Assembly: GCA_022508525.1 (NCBI GenBank)
Contig: JAFLVA010000007.1
Coordinates: 18,380 to 82,379, forward strand
Length of the DNA: 64,000 nucleotides
Reading direction: 5' to 3'
Source of the DNA: Erysipelotrichales bacterium
GTDB lineage: Bacteria; Bacillota_I; Bacilli_A; RFN20; CAG-826
In this document: piece by piece, positions 28,552 to 37,355 of the stretch
Layout: every line of letters starts with the position of its first letter
How positions within the stretch are numbered: the stretch's first letter is position 1
Translations under genes and position numbers: made by a program
The notes under the pieces: generated by a model
What the model was told of the DNA's origin: nothing
Database searches by the model: none
What the model saw: only the letters and a program-made list of their open reading frames with translations

Positions 28552-29214
28552 ATGAAAGTTAGATTAGTGGATGGTAATAAGAAAGTACACAAATTCCCTA
28601 TGGGATTTTCTTTTTTCTATTTGTTTTTTGGTCCATTTTACACGCTTATAAGAGGCAAAATCATTTATAGTATTGTTGTTATTCTATATTACTTATTATT
28701 GATTCCTAAAGATATATTTGTAAGTATTATTAAAAATATTATTATTGATGAAAATGTTATCAATGTTTTGGCCTATCCTCATTTAAAAATCGACTTAATC
28801 ACCTATATATTTATTATTTTAATACCTCATGTAATAATTTGTATTTATATTGATAACTACTTTATCAAGAACGCAGTTAATAAAAAGAATATGCTGCCAG
28901 CGAGTGATTTAGATCTTGAAAGATTAACTAAAATTTCAAAGAAATATAAAGATCTACCAATAGATTCATCTTATATAGAAGGACTAGTTATTGTTAAAAC
29001 AGATAAAAAGGAAAAACTTTCCAATAGAAATGTAACTGTTACTTCAATTGATTCTGATAATTTACTTAGCGAAGTTCAAAGAAGCAAAAAAGACCGATTG
29101 GATGAGGCGAAACAGCATCAATTAGATTTGATTTATAGTAAATATAACCTCGGTCTTCTTTCGGAAAAAGAGTTAATTGAGGCTAAAGAAAAAATAATAA
29201 ATGAAAAAAATTAA
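28552..29214 (+). CDS. Membrane protein with a C-terminal SHOCT-like motif
   Basis: N-terminal hydrophobic region (FSFFYLFFGPFYTLIRGK, DUF2628-like). C-terminal GLLSEKELIEAKEKII resembles SHOCT. Confidence 0.55.
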   Translation: MKVRLVDGNKKVHKFPMGFSFFYLFFGPFYTLIRGKIIYSIVVILYYLLLIPKDIFVSIIKNIIIDENVINVLAYPHLKIDLITYIFIILIPHVIICIYIDNYFIKNAVNKKNMLPASDLDLERLTKISKKYKDLPIDSSYIEGLVIVKTDKKEKLSNRNVTVTSIDSDNLLSEVQRSKKDRLDEAKQHQLDLIYSKYNLGLLSEKELIEAKEKIINEKN

Positions 29215-29222
29215 AATTTTTG

Positions 29223-29251
29223 AAGACATCTTTAACTTTTTGTAATATAAT
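29223..29251 (+). promoter_or_regulatory. Candidate promoter of the cwlJ-like leader
   Basis: AAGACA (29223-29228), 17-nt spacer, TATAAT (29246-29251). Confidence 0.45.
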
Positions 29252-29257
29252 ATATTT

Positions 29258-29331
29258 GCAAGGAAGCTGGAATCTGATATGCCCTCAAAAATATCATACC
29301 CAAATAGGATTTCAACTTCCTTGCCTTTTTT
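29258..29331 (+). promoter_or_regulatory. Long interrupted hairpin with U-tract (leader element or first terminator)
   Basis: Outer stem GCAAGGAAG/CTTCCTTGC, middle GAATC/GATTT, inner TGATAT/ATATCA with a 10-nt loop and an 11-nt 3' bulge, then CTTTTTT. Confidence 0.55.
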
Positions 29332-29341
29332 ATTATCATTG

Positions 29342-29365
29342 AACGAGTGTAAACTCGTTTTTTTA
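29342..29365 (+). terminator. Second intrinsic terminator in the same leader
   Basis: Stem AACGAGT / ACTCGTT with loop GTAA, followed by T7. Confidence 0.7.
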
Positions 29366-29421
29366 TTTGTAATAGGCACAAACCATGATTGATTAACATA
29401 TATATTATTAGGTGATTTATA

Positions 29422-29844
29422 ATGGCTAATAGAGTAAAGTATACGAACAGTGAAGTTAACCTTCTTGGAAGATTAATGAGATCTGAAGCAGTTGGAGAAG
29501 GCCGTTTTGGTATGAAGCTAGTAGGCAATGTAGTTATAAATCGCGTTGTTGCAAAATGCCTTGATTTTAAAAATATAAACACAATCACGCAAGCAATATA
29601 TCAAAAAGGCCAATTTGAAGGAATAAAGACAAAACTATTTTATGGAAATGCAACAAGTGTTGAAAAGAGACTTGCACTTGATACCATAAGGTACTGGAGG
29701 GCGTATCCAGCCTATGCAGCGTTATATTATCAAAATCCAGGAAAGGGAAAACCATGTAAGAATAGGTTTTGGGGAACCTTTGCGGGAAAGTTTAAAAACC
29801 ATTGTTTCTATAATCCGGATGCAAGTGCAAAATGTAATTTATAA
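29422..29844 (+). CDS. Cell-wall hydrolase, CwlJ/SleB (Hydrolase_2) family
   Basis: 140 aa. LLGRLMRSEAVGEGRFGMKLVGNVVINRV...ITQAIYQKGQFEG matches the SleB/CwlJ catalytic-domain pattern. RBS AGGTGA lies upstream. Confidence 0.75.
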   Translation: MANRVKYTNSEVNLLGRLMRSEAVGEGRFGMKLVGNVVINRVVAKCLDFKNINTITQAIYQKGQFEGIKTKLFYGNATSVEKRLALDTIRYWRAYPAYAALYYQNPGKGKPCKNRFWGTFAGKFKNHCFYNPDASAKCNL

Positions 29845-30076
29845 TTAGTAAATTTGAATGATAAGTAATGAATAAACTAATATCACAAAATAAATATAAA
29901 AAAAATTATTAAATATTTTTTTGTTTTTTCTCAACAAAATCGCATTTTTTTCTTAAAAATTTCTCAAATTTAGCAATGTCTTTTAGTAGGAGACCCTGTC
30001 GCCATTTTTTTACACTATATTATTTATAGTCGCAAGTGGGTAAGGTAGACTACCATTTTTGCCAAGGAGAAATGTT

Positions 30077-30526
30077 ATGGATGATAGGGCGAAGAAAGAA
30101 TTACAAGAATATTTGAAAGATAGATATATTAGTTCTGATTTTGTCGATGAGGTAAAAAAGCAAAGAATTTATGATTTTATTTATAAGAATTTTTCTAGTA
30201 CGTTCAAGGATACTTTAGAAGGATTTATTGCTGAAAAAGGTGTAACAGCACTTTATATTTATAAAAAGGCAGACTTGAATCGCAATATTTATTCTTGTAT
30301 AAAAAAAGATCGATTTCACAATGTATCAAAAAAGACTGTACTTCGTTTTGTATTAGCTTTAGAATTAAATGTTTTTGAAGCGGAGTGTTTGTTAAATTCT
30401 GCCGGCTTTTCCTTCAATAGAGGAAATCCATTCGATTTAATAATTATTTATCATATAGAAAACAAATTCTATGATATTATATCTATAAATGGGGTATTAA
30501 ATGATTTATTAGGAATAATACTATAA
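30077..30526 (+). CDS. Putative HTH-type regulator (XRE-like fold)
   Basis: IYKKADLNRNIYSCIKK...SKKTVLRFVLALELNVFEAECLLNSAGFSF resembles small Firmicutes HTH proteins. The ATG at 30077 follows AAGGAGA. Confidence 0.5.
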   Translation: MDDRAKKELQEYLKDRYISSDFVDEVKKQRIYDFIYKNFSSTFKDTLEGFIAEKGVTALYIYKKADLNRNIYSCIKKDRFHNVSKKTVLRFVLALELNVFEAECLLNSAGFSFNRGNPFDLIIIYHIENKFYDIISINGVLNDLLGIIL

Positions 30527-30546
30527 ATTAATAAAGAGGGCAAAAA

Positions 30547-30933
30547 ATGTGGAAAAAACGAAGTATTAATGATGGCAAAGAATATGCCGGTGAAGTTGTA
30601 ATAATAAATATTAAGACAATAAAGAAAACTTTCGGTAGAAAGAAGTACCAAATGTATGTCGCGTGTTTAGATATACTTCATGATTTTGTGCGCGACCAAA
30701 TATTCCGTTATATCGAAGAATACTTGTATGATAACTTGATTGAAATTGCTAAAACCAGCAATAATATAGAGGTTAAATTTCTTTTTGTTGGTCCACTATT
30801 TCCAAATAGTTCAAAAGAATTTACGAGAACATTTGCTTATGCAATTGGATTGCGTATCAATAATAAAGGAATACAAAAGTATAAAGCACGAAAAATATTA
30901 AATAGCGTAGGATTGGACTGGATGTTTGACTAA
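30547..30933 (+). CDS. Hypothetical protein
   Basis: 128-aa ORF 20 nt downstream of the HTH gene, with RBS AGAGGG upstream. No recognisable motif. Confidence 0.5.
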   Translation: MWKKRSINDGKEYAGEVVIINIKTIKKTFGRKKYQMYVACLDILHDFVRDQIFRYIEEYLYDNLIEIAKTSNNIEVKFLFVGPLFPNSSKEFTRTFAYAIGLRINNKGIQKYKARKILNSVGLDWMFD

Positions 30934-30987
30934 AAATGTTCTACCACATTCGACAAAAATGATTTAAAATGTTTTTGGTGATTAAAA

Positions 30988-31512
30988 ATGATTAATGTAG
31001 TTTTATATCAGCCAGAAAAGCCGCAGAATACTGGCAATATTATGCGAACATGCGTAGCTACAAATGTTCATTTACATATTATTGGACCATTGACTTTTAC
31101 ACTTGATGAAAAATCCCTTAAAAGAGCAGGAATGGATTATATTCAAGAACTAAAATATACATATTATAATTCTTTAGAAGAATTCCTTAATTTAAACAAA
31201 AATATTAATATATACTATATCACTAGATATGGTACAAAGAGTCCTGACTTAGTAGATTTTTCAAACGTAAGTGAAAATATTTTTGTAATGTTTGGTCGTG
31301 AATCAACGGGAATTCCTCATGAAATACTTAGAAATAATTTAGATAAATGTTTGAGACTTCCAATGGTGCCTTCTGCTCGTAGTTTGAATTTGTCGAACAC
31401 TGTCGCTATTGTGGTTTATGAAATATTAAGACAACAAAACTATTTTGGGCTATCAACATATGAGGCCATTAAAGGTAAAGATTTTTTAATGGAGGAGAAA
31501 AGCGATGAATAA
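30988..31512 (+). CDS. trmL: tRNA (cytidine/uridine-34 2'-O)-methyltransferase, SpoU/TrmL family
   Basis: VVLYQPEKPQNTGNIMRTCVATN and FGRESTGIP...LNLSNTVAIVVYE (SPOUT knot motifs). Confidence 0.85.
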   Translation: MINVVLYQPEKPQNTGNIMRTCVATNVHLHIIGPLTFTLDEKSLKRAGMDYIQELKYTYYNSLEEFLNLNKNINIYYITRYGTKSPDLVDFSNVSENIFVMFGRESTGIPHEILRNNLDKCLRLPMVPSARSLNLSNTVAIVVYEILRQQNYFGLSTYEAIKGKDFLMEEKSDE

Positions 31513-32014
31513 ACGAATTTTGTTTTTACTTCCATTAGTTTTGCTTGGTTCATGTGGCAACAATGGAACAAAAATAGAAGTGGATTACGATGATATTGGC
31601 GGTTTTGTAAGTGTTGTTAATGTCGAAGACTATATGAGTATTTTTAACGGATCAGGAAATACCTTGACTATATTTGCAATTAAAGATGCAAATTACTGTA
31701 GTGAATGTTTAAATGTTTCTCTTTCTAATACTGCACAATACGCAATAGATCACCACTTCATCATCTATTTTTATGAATTTGACCTCGGTAATGGACATAT
31801 TGAAAAAAGCATTCGTGACTACAACAAGTTGGTAGAGATGATGAAAGTTAATAACGACAATGGTTTAAAAGAATTAACTTATCAAGATGGTGTTCCTGTA
31901 TTTGATGGACTACCTTGCCTTATGTATAGTTCTAAAGGATACATCGGTTATAATGTCACGAGTAATTTTATACCTCAATTAAAAAGCACAATAGTCGTAA
32001 AAGAAAACTCTTAG
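31505..32014 (+). CDS. Lipoprotein with a CxxC motif (possibly thioredoxin-like)
   Basis: Lipobox LLGSC and CSEC at aa ~65-68. It overlaps the trmL stop codon. Confidence 0.55.
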   Translation: MNKRILFLLPLVLLGSCGNNGTKIEVDYDDIGGFVSVVNVEDYMSIFNGSGNTLTIFAIKDANYCSECLNVSLSNTAQYAIDHHFIIYFYEFDLGNGHIEKSIRDYNKLVEMMKVNNDNGLKELTYQDGVPVFDGLPCLMYSSKGYIGYNVTSNFIPQLKSTIVVKENS

Positions 32015-32031
32015 TTTTTTCTAAGAGTTTT
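32004..32031. terminator. Hairpin spanning both stop codons of convergent genes
   Basis: AAAACTCTTAG-TTTTTT-CTAAGAGTTTT is a perfect 11-bp stem. The + gene stop (32012-32014) and the - gene stop (32011-32013) lie in the left arm. Confidence 0.5.
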
Positions 32032-33519
32032 AATTTGTGCTTCTAAATTTTTATCAATATTTCTGATAATTATCGATTCATAGTGATTTAGAGATACTTT
32101 GCCAAAACTATTAATTTTTTTAACGTTTTTCTTTTGAGTCATTTGAACTTCGCCATCTGGCATTTTAGCGTTAATCAACGCAATTGAAGCTGCAGTCTCT
32201 ATAATTTTTTTTGAAGGGTTATTATCAAATATTATTACATGTGAACCAGGACAATTTTTTACATGTAAGAAGTAGTAATCGGGTTTTGCTAAAGTGAAAG
32301 TTAAATAATTGTTTTGAAAATTGTTCTTTCCGAATCCTATTTTTACGTTGTCGCTTATGAAATAGTAAGGCTGTGACATCCCGTTTGTTTTGTTGTTTTG
32401 CTTTTTTAATATTTTCTTCTTAATATAACCATTTTCAATTAATTCAAATTCAATACCTTTTAAATCGGCATCATTTGATGAAGATAACTGATTATTTAAC
32501 GTCTCAAAATAAGATATTTTATCTTCGGTTATAGCAATTTGCTCTTTTAAATGATTAATACTTCGTTTGGTTTTGGCGTATTTTTGATAATAACTATTAG
32601 CGTTTTCGACAATGCTTTTTGTTGAATCAAGAGGTATTTTATAATCAAAGATTTCTGCAATCTGGTGATTTAGCACATTTAATTCATCGCTATAGGTCAA
32701 AAGTAAATCTCCATATAATTTATATTCTTCCATCTTATCTGCAGCTTTTAGTTCACTTTTTAAACTTACTAGCTTCTTTTTAAGCGATTTTAAATGATGG
32801 GTTATAACGTTTGTGACTTCAGAATGCAAATCAGAACGATGATTTTTTTCCATTGTAGCAAGATAATTGGTATATAAATATTCAAGATCTATTTCTTTAC
32901 TTGTTTTACTATTTATAACACTATAAAAGCCTAAATCCCAATAAAGTTTATCAAAAGTCTTTTGTTGGATATCTTTATTTTGTTCTAATTCGAATTTAGA
33001 AAAATCACTAGCATTTGTAATACTTGGTGGAATATAAGTGCTGCCTTTGACAATTAAACGGACATTTTTATTAAAACTTGTCTGACGAAGACTAATAATG
33101 ATAGTGTTATTTTCATCAGTCAAAATCATATTTGTTTGATTTGGAATAAATTCTACATATAGATATCTGAGATATTTTTTATAAGCATCACTAGTATTTG
33201 ATATTGTGAATTTAATTAAACGATCAGAGTCAATTTTTTCGACATTTAAGATTCTACCATCTTCAATTTCTTTTTTTAAAATCACAAGGAAATTATTACT
33301 TAAAGAACTGAAAAGTCGATTTTCTTCACAAAGAGTAATAAAAGGTTCATGAGCATTTAACGAAATGAAGAGTTTTTCTTTGCAATTTTTTGATTTGGAA
33401 ATTAAAAAATCAGTATCACTTAACATGATAATTTTATTAATATGAGAATCAATTAAGTTGCTTTTAATTTTATCAACGATAATCTCAATAAATTTATTTG
33501 ATAATGGCATATATCTCAC
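32011..33519 (-). CDS. rqcH: NFACT-family ribosome quality-control protein (RqcH / FbpA-like)
   Basis: N-terminal NFACT-N-like region, a coiled-coil middle, and a C-terminal DUF814 motif (FLHVKNCPGSHVIIF). At 502 aa it is shorter than B. subtilis RqcH as I recall it. Confidence 0.75.
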   Translation of the reverse strand: MRYMPLSNKFIEIIVDKIKSNLIDSHINKIIMLSDTDFLISKSKNCKEKLFISLNAHEPFITLCEENRLFSSLSNNFLVILKKEIEDGRILNVEKIDSDRLIKFTISNTSDAYKKYLRYLYVEFIPNQTNMILTDENNTIIISLRQTSFNKNVRLIVKGSTYIPPSITNASDFSKFELEQNKDIQQKTFDKLYWDLGFYSVINSKTSKEIDLEYLYTNYLATMEKNHRSDLHSEVTNVITHHLKSLKKKLVSLKSELKAADKMEEYKLYGDLLLTYSDELNVLNHQIAEIFDYKIPLDSTKSIVENANSYYQKYAKTKRSINHLKEQIAITEDKISYFETLNNQLSSSNDADLKGIEFELIENGYIKKKILKKQNNKTNGMSQPYYFISDNVKIGFGKNNFQNNYLTFTLAKPDYYFLHVKNCPGSHVIIFDNNPSKKIIETAASIALINAKMPDGEVQMTQKKNVKKINSFGKVSLNHYESIIIRNIDKNLEAQIKTLRKN

Positions 33520-33658
33520 CTTTTATATGATATCATATTTTTCATTTAACAATAATAAAATAATGTATTCAATAATTTGTTAATTAGATATAAGTATGTA
33601 TATAAAATTCTTCCATAATTAAAGCACATTTAATCAATAATTTTGAAAAAATACGTGA

Positions 33659-33688
33659 TTGACAAATGCGATAGTCGTTTATTATAAT
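33659..33688 (+). promoter_or_regulatory. Sigma-A type promoter upstream of gmk
   Basis: TTGACA (33659-33664), 18-nt spacer, TATAAT (33683-33688). Confidence 0.6.
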
Positions 33689-33714
33689 AAACGGAGTGAA
33701 AAGTTGGTGTAATT

Positions 33715-34293
33715 ATGGAAATTAAAAAAGGATTACTAATTATCTTATCTGGACCAAGTGGAGTTGGAAAAGGTACAGTTAGAAAAATTGTTATGCGCGA
33801 TAAAAGTTTAAATCTAGCATATTCAATTTCCATGACTACTAGATCACCAAGGGCAAAAGAAGTTGAAGGTAAAGATTACTTCTTTGTCAGTGAAGAACAA
33901 TTTGATGAAAACATAAAGAATAACAATTTACTTGAATATGCTGAGTTTGTAGGAAACAAATATGGTACACCAAGAGATTATGTCGAAAAGCTTCGCAACG
34001 AAGGTAAAAATGTTATTTTAGAGATAGAAGTTAATGGTGCTCAACAAGTTTTATCTAAAGTAGAAAAAGATGATCGTATTTCAATCTTTTTAGTGCCACC
34101 ATCAATTGAAGAATTAGAAAATAGAATCCGTCATCGCCGTAGTGAAGAAGAAGAGATAATTCAACAAAGACTTAATAAAGCTAAGCGCGAAATGTCATTA
34201 ACCGACCAATATGATTATGTAGTTTTAAATGATAAAGTCGGTAGAGCTGCTGGTGAGATTCAATCCATCATTCGTAAAAATATAAAAAAATAA
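33715..34293 (+). CDS. gmk: Guanylate kinase
   Basis: P-loop SGPSGVGKGT, TTRSPR, and EYAEFVGNKYGT. Confidence 0.93.
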   Translation: MEIKKGLLIILSGPSGVGKGTVRKIVMRDKSLNLAYSISMTTRSPRAKEVEGKDYFFVSEEQFDENIKNNNLLEYAEFVGNKYGTPRDYVEKLRNEGKNVILEIEVNGAQQVLSKVEKDDRISIFLVPPSIEELENRIRHRRSEEEEIIQQRLNKAKREMSLTDQYDYVVLNDKVGRAAGEIQSIIRKNIKK

Positions 34294-34316
34294 ACAAAGG
34301 ACGTGGAGGTATAAGC

Positions 34317-36515
34317 ATGATAATCTTAAATGTCTTAATTGAGCATGCTGCATACGCGATTAATCGTCCTTTTTCTTATGTCTATGAAGGAGAAATGTCT
34401 CCAAAAGTAGGAGAAAGAGTCCAAGTTTCATTTCATAATAGCCAAGTTGTCGGATATATTATTGGTATAGAAGAGACTAATAAGTCTAAAGAAGAATATG
34501 AAGAGGAATTGGGTTACCAAATACTTGTTGCAGACAAATTATTAGATAGTGAACCTATTCTCACAGAAGAATTGAGAATCGTCGCTAATGAGGTGTCAAA
34601 GTATTATTTATCACCTTTAATTAGTGTTTATCAGGCCATGCTTCCTCCGAGTTTAAAACCCACATCAAGTGCAATTAAAAAAGCACAAATTGCTTATGAG
34701 AAGTATTTAAGAGTTATCAATGAAGATGAAAGCAATTTAACGCCTAAACAAATTGAACTATTACGTCTTATTAAAGGAAGTAGTGAAGTTAAGAAAAATG
34801 AAATAAAATCTATTTCTATTTTGAATAAATTAATCGCAAATAAAAACGTTGAAGAATACAAAGTAGAAAAGCGAAGATATAGTTTTAATGACATAAAAGA
34901 ATTTAAAGAATTGACTTTAACTTATGAGCAACAAAAAGTTAAAGATGAATTTTTAAATACCAATGATAATGTTTATCTTTTAGAAGGTGTCACTGGTAGT
35001 GGCAAAACAGAAGTGTATATTTCTATTGTTAAAGAAATTGTTGCCTCTGGTAAAACTGCTTTAATACTAGTGCCGGAAATAAATCTTACACCTGTTATGA
35101 TGCAAAGATTTTATCATTTGTTTAAAGAAAAGGTGGCTATATTGCATAGTGAACTTACAAGTGGCGAAAAATACGATGAGTATCGTAAGATTTTACATAG
35201 GGAAATTCAAGTTGTTATTGGTACGAGAAGTGCGGTTTTTGCTCCGCTAGATAATTTAGGCATTATTATTTTAGATGAGGAACATGTTGAATCTTATAAA
35301 CAAGATAATGCCCCATGTTACCACGCTAAAGATGTAGCAATAATGAGAGCAAAGCATTTTGAAAATTGTAAAGTGCTTTTAGGTAGTGCAACTCCTACTT
35401 TAGAATCTGAAGCACGTGCTCTTAAAGGCGTTTATCACCATTTAAGATTGCTTAAAAGAATTAATGAAAGAGAATTGCCAGAAACAGAAATTATAAATTT
35501 ACAAGATTATCGTAATATTGACTATTTGTCTTCGATTTTTTCAAAAAAACTAAGAGCAGCTATTAAAGAGACACTTGATAAAAAAGAACAAGTAGTACTA
35601 TTACTTAATCGAAGAGGGTATTCTACAAGTGTTTTATGTCGAGAATGTGGACATGTTATTAAATGCCCAGAATGTGACATCCCACTAGTATATCATTCTT
35701 TTGATAAGATGCTAAAATGCCATAACTGCGGGCATGTAGAAACTCAAATTCACCAATGCCCAGAATGTGGTTCTAAATATTTAAGTCGCATTGGCTTTGG
35801 TAGTGAAAAAGTTGAAGATGAAATTCGAAAACTATTCCCAACTGCTTCTGTTTTAAGACTTGATTCTGATGTTGGCAAGGTAAAAAACAATATTGCCAGT
35901 ACTCTTAAAGCATTTTCAAATCATGAAGCTGACATTTTAATTGGAACACAGATGATTGCAAAAGGTCATGATTTCCCAGATGTTACTCTTGTTGGACTTG
36001 TTTTAGCAGATTTAGGATTAACTTTGCCTTCGGCTAGATCAAGTGAAAGAACCTTTCAACTGATAACTCAAGCGATAGGAAGGGCAGGAAGAGGAGCAAA
36101 AAAAGGAAGAGCTATTATTCAGACATATATGCCGACACATTACTCTATAACTTATGGCGCCAAACAAGATTATATGGGATTTTACAAAGAAGAAATGCGA
36201 ATTAGAAAACTTCAACAAAATCCTCCATATACCTTTGCATCGACTTTAACTCTTACTTCTAAAAATGAAGATTTAGTTAATCAAATGGCGTTTACTACCT
36301 TAGATCTCGTGCTACGAGAAGGCGAAGGTAATATTATCGGTGTGGGTCCAAGCAGCCCTTATGTTAAAAAAGATAGCCTTGGATATCGCCGAATTTGTAT
36401 GTTCAAATACAAAGATCAAGACAAATTTAAAGAAATAATGCAAAATATTATTAATATTTTATCGAAAAAAGCAGGAATAAGCATTAAAATAGATATTGAT
36501 GCTTTAGACATTTAA
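34317..36515 (+). CDS. priA: Primosomal replication-restart helicase PriA
   Basis: Walker A GVTGSGKT, DEEH box, and a zinc-binding insert (CRECGHVIKCPECD...CHNCGH...CPECGS). Confidence 0.93.
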   Translation: MIILNVLIEHAAYAINRPFSYVYEGEMSPKVGERVQVSFHNSQVVGYIIGIEETNKSKEEYEEELGYQILVADKLLDSEPILTEELRIVANEVSKYYLSPLISVYQAMLPPSLKPTSSAIKKAQIAYEKYLRVINEDESNLTPKQIELLRLIKGSSEVKKNEIKSISILNKLIANKNVEEYKVEKRRYSFNDIKEFKELTLTYEQQKVKDEFLNTNDNVYLLEGVTGSGKTEVYISIVKEIVASGKTALILVPEINLTPVMMQRFYHLFKEKVAILHSELTSGEKYDEYRKILHREIQVVIGTRSAVFAPLDNLGIIILDEEHVESYKQDNAPCYHAKDVAIMRAKHFENCKVLLGSATPTLESEARALKGVYHHLRLLKRINERELPETEIINLQDYRNIDYLSSIFSKKLRAAIKETLDKKEQVVLLLNRRGYSTSVLCRECGHVIKCPECDIPLVYHSFDKMLKCHNCGHVETQIHQCPECGSKYLSRIGFGSEKVEDEIRKLFPTASVLRLDSDVGKVKNNIASTLKAFSNHEADILIGTQMIAKGHDFPDVTLVGLVLADLGLTLPSARSSERTFQLITQAIGRAGRGAKKGRAIIQTYMPTHYSITYGAKQDYMGFYKEEMRIRKLQQNPPYTFASTLTLTSKNEDLVNQMAFTTLDLVLREGEGNIIGVGPSSPYVKKDSLGYRRICMFKYKDQDKFKEIMQNIINILSKKAGISIKIDIDALDI

Positions 36516-36528
36516 AGGAGAGATTATT

Positions 36529-37197
36529 ATGATTACAATTGAAGTTATTGGAATGAATCATTATATGTTAAGTGATTATTCGCATATACATACAAAACAA
36601 ATTGCGAATTTGTTTGAAGTTGATGAAGATGAAATATTTTTTCATTCTGGAGATTTAAAGTTATTTTATGATGGAGTAGACCAAACTTCATGGCATACTT
36701 TAGTGAGAATTCACGCTCCAAAAAAATACGAACCTTTTGAAAAAAATGTTGCTAAGTATCTTTTAGATACTTTGACAGACTACATATTAAATGCACATTT
36801 AGAATTTATTTATCTTGATGAAAATCATACTTATGAAAAGTTAAATCACGATTATGCTCCATTTTTGCCTCGTGAAGAAAATGATGAAGAAGACTATATT
36901 GAAGAAGATTATGATGAAGATGAAGATTTTTCAGACGAGGAATTATTCGAGGGAAACGCTTTTGAAGGATTCGAGGAAAAATTAAAAGCTAAACAAGATG
37001 CTTTAAAAGAAGAAAAAATGTGTGAATGTGGACATCAACATGTGTGCTGTAATGGAAAATCACCAGCTTGTGGCAAATTCTGTGCATGTGGTGAAAGATG
37101 CACGAAAAAATGTCATCACGCTCATAATCATGAATGCTGTGAAGATGATGACTGCGATTGTGGATGCGGACATGATCACCATCATCACAAGCATTAA
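36529..37197 (+). CDS. Small protein: DUF1904-like N-domain, acidic linker and Cys/His-rich C-terminal tail
   Basis: The N-terminal ~110 aa resembles DUF1904 (tautomerase-like), from recollection. The last ~58 aa contain 14 Cys and 12 His (CECGHQHVCCNG...CDCGCGHDHHHHKH). Confidence 0.5.
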   Translation: MITIEVIGMNHYMLSDYSHIHTKQIANLFEVDEDEIFFHSGDLKLFYDGVDQTSWHTLVRIHAPKKYEPFEKNVAKYLLDTLTDYILNAHLEFIYLDENHTYEKLNHDYAPFLPREENDEEDYIEEDYDEDEDFSDEELFEGNAFEGFEEKLKAKQDALKEEKMCECGHQHVCCNGKSPACGKFCACGERCTKKCHHAHNHECCEDDDCDCGCGHDHHHHKH

Positions 37198-37236
37198 TAT
37201 TGTTAGCTAAAAATTTACTATTTAAAAAACTTTATT

Positions 37237-37270
37237 GTAGATGGCATGTATTTTGCTATCTACTTTTTTT
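37237..37270 (+). terminator. Intrinsic terminator
   Basis: Stem GTAGATGGC / GCTATCTAC followed by T7. Confidence 0.75.
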
Positions 37271-37355
37271 GCGGATTTTTCTTATATTTTTTTGTCTTTT
37301 AGACTATTTTGGCTTTTAATAATTTCTATTATTTGTTAGAATAATAGAAAGGTTA

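Noticed and set aside
29232-29588. 118-aa minus-strand ORF spanning the leader hairpins and the cwlJ-like gene start.
   Set aside because: It overlaps a well-supported + strand gene and two terminator hairpins. It has no RBS and a low-complexity translation.
37022-37210. Alternative-frame 62-aa ORF across the Cys/His-rich tail region.
   Set aside because: The main frame continues an upstream 222-aa ORF with an RBS and gives the coherent Cys/His pattern. The alternative frame is a by-product of the repetitive codons.
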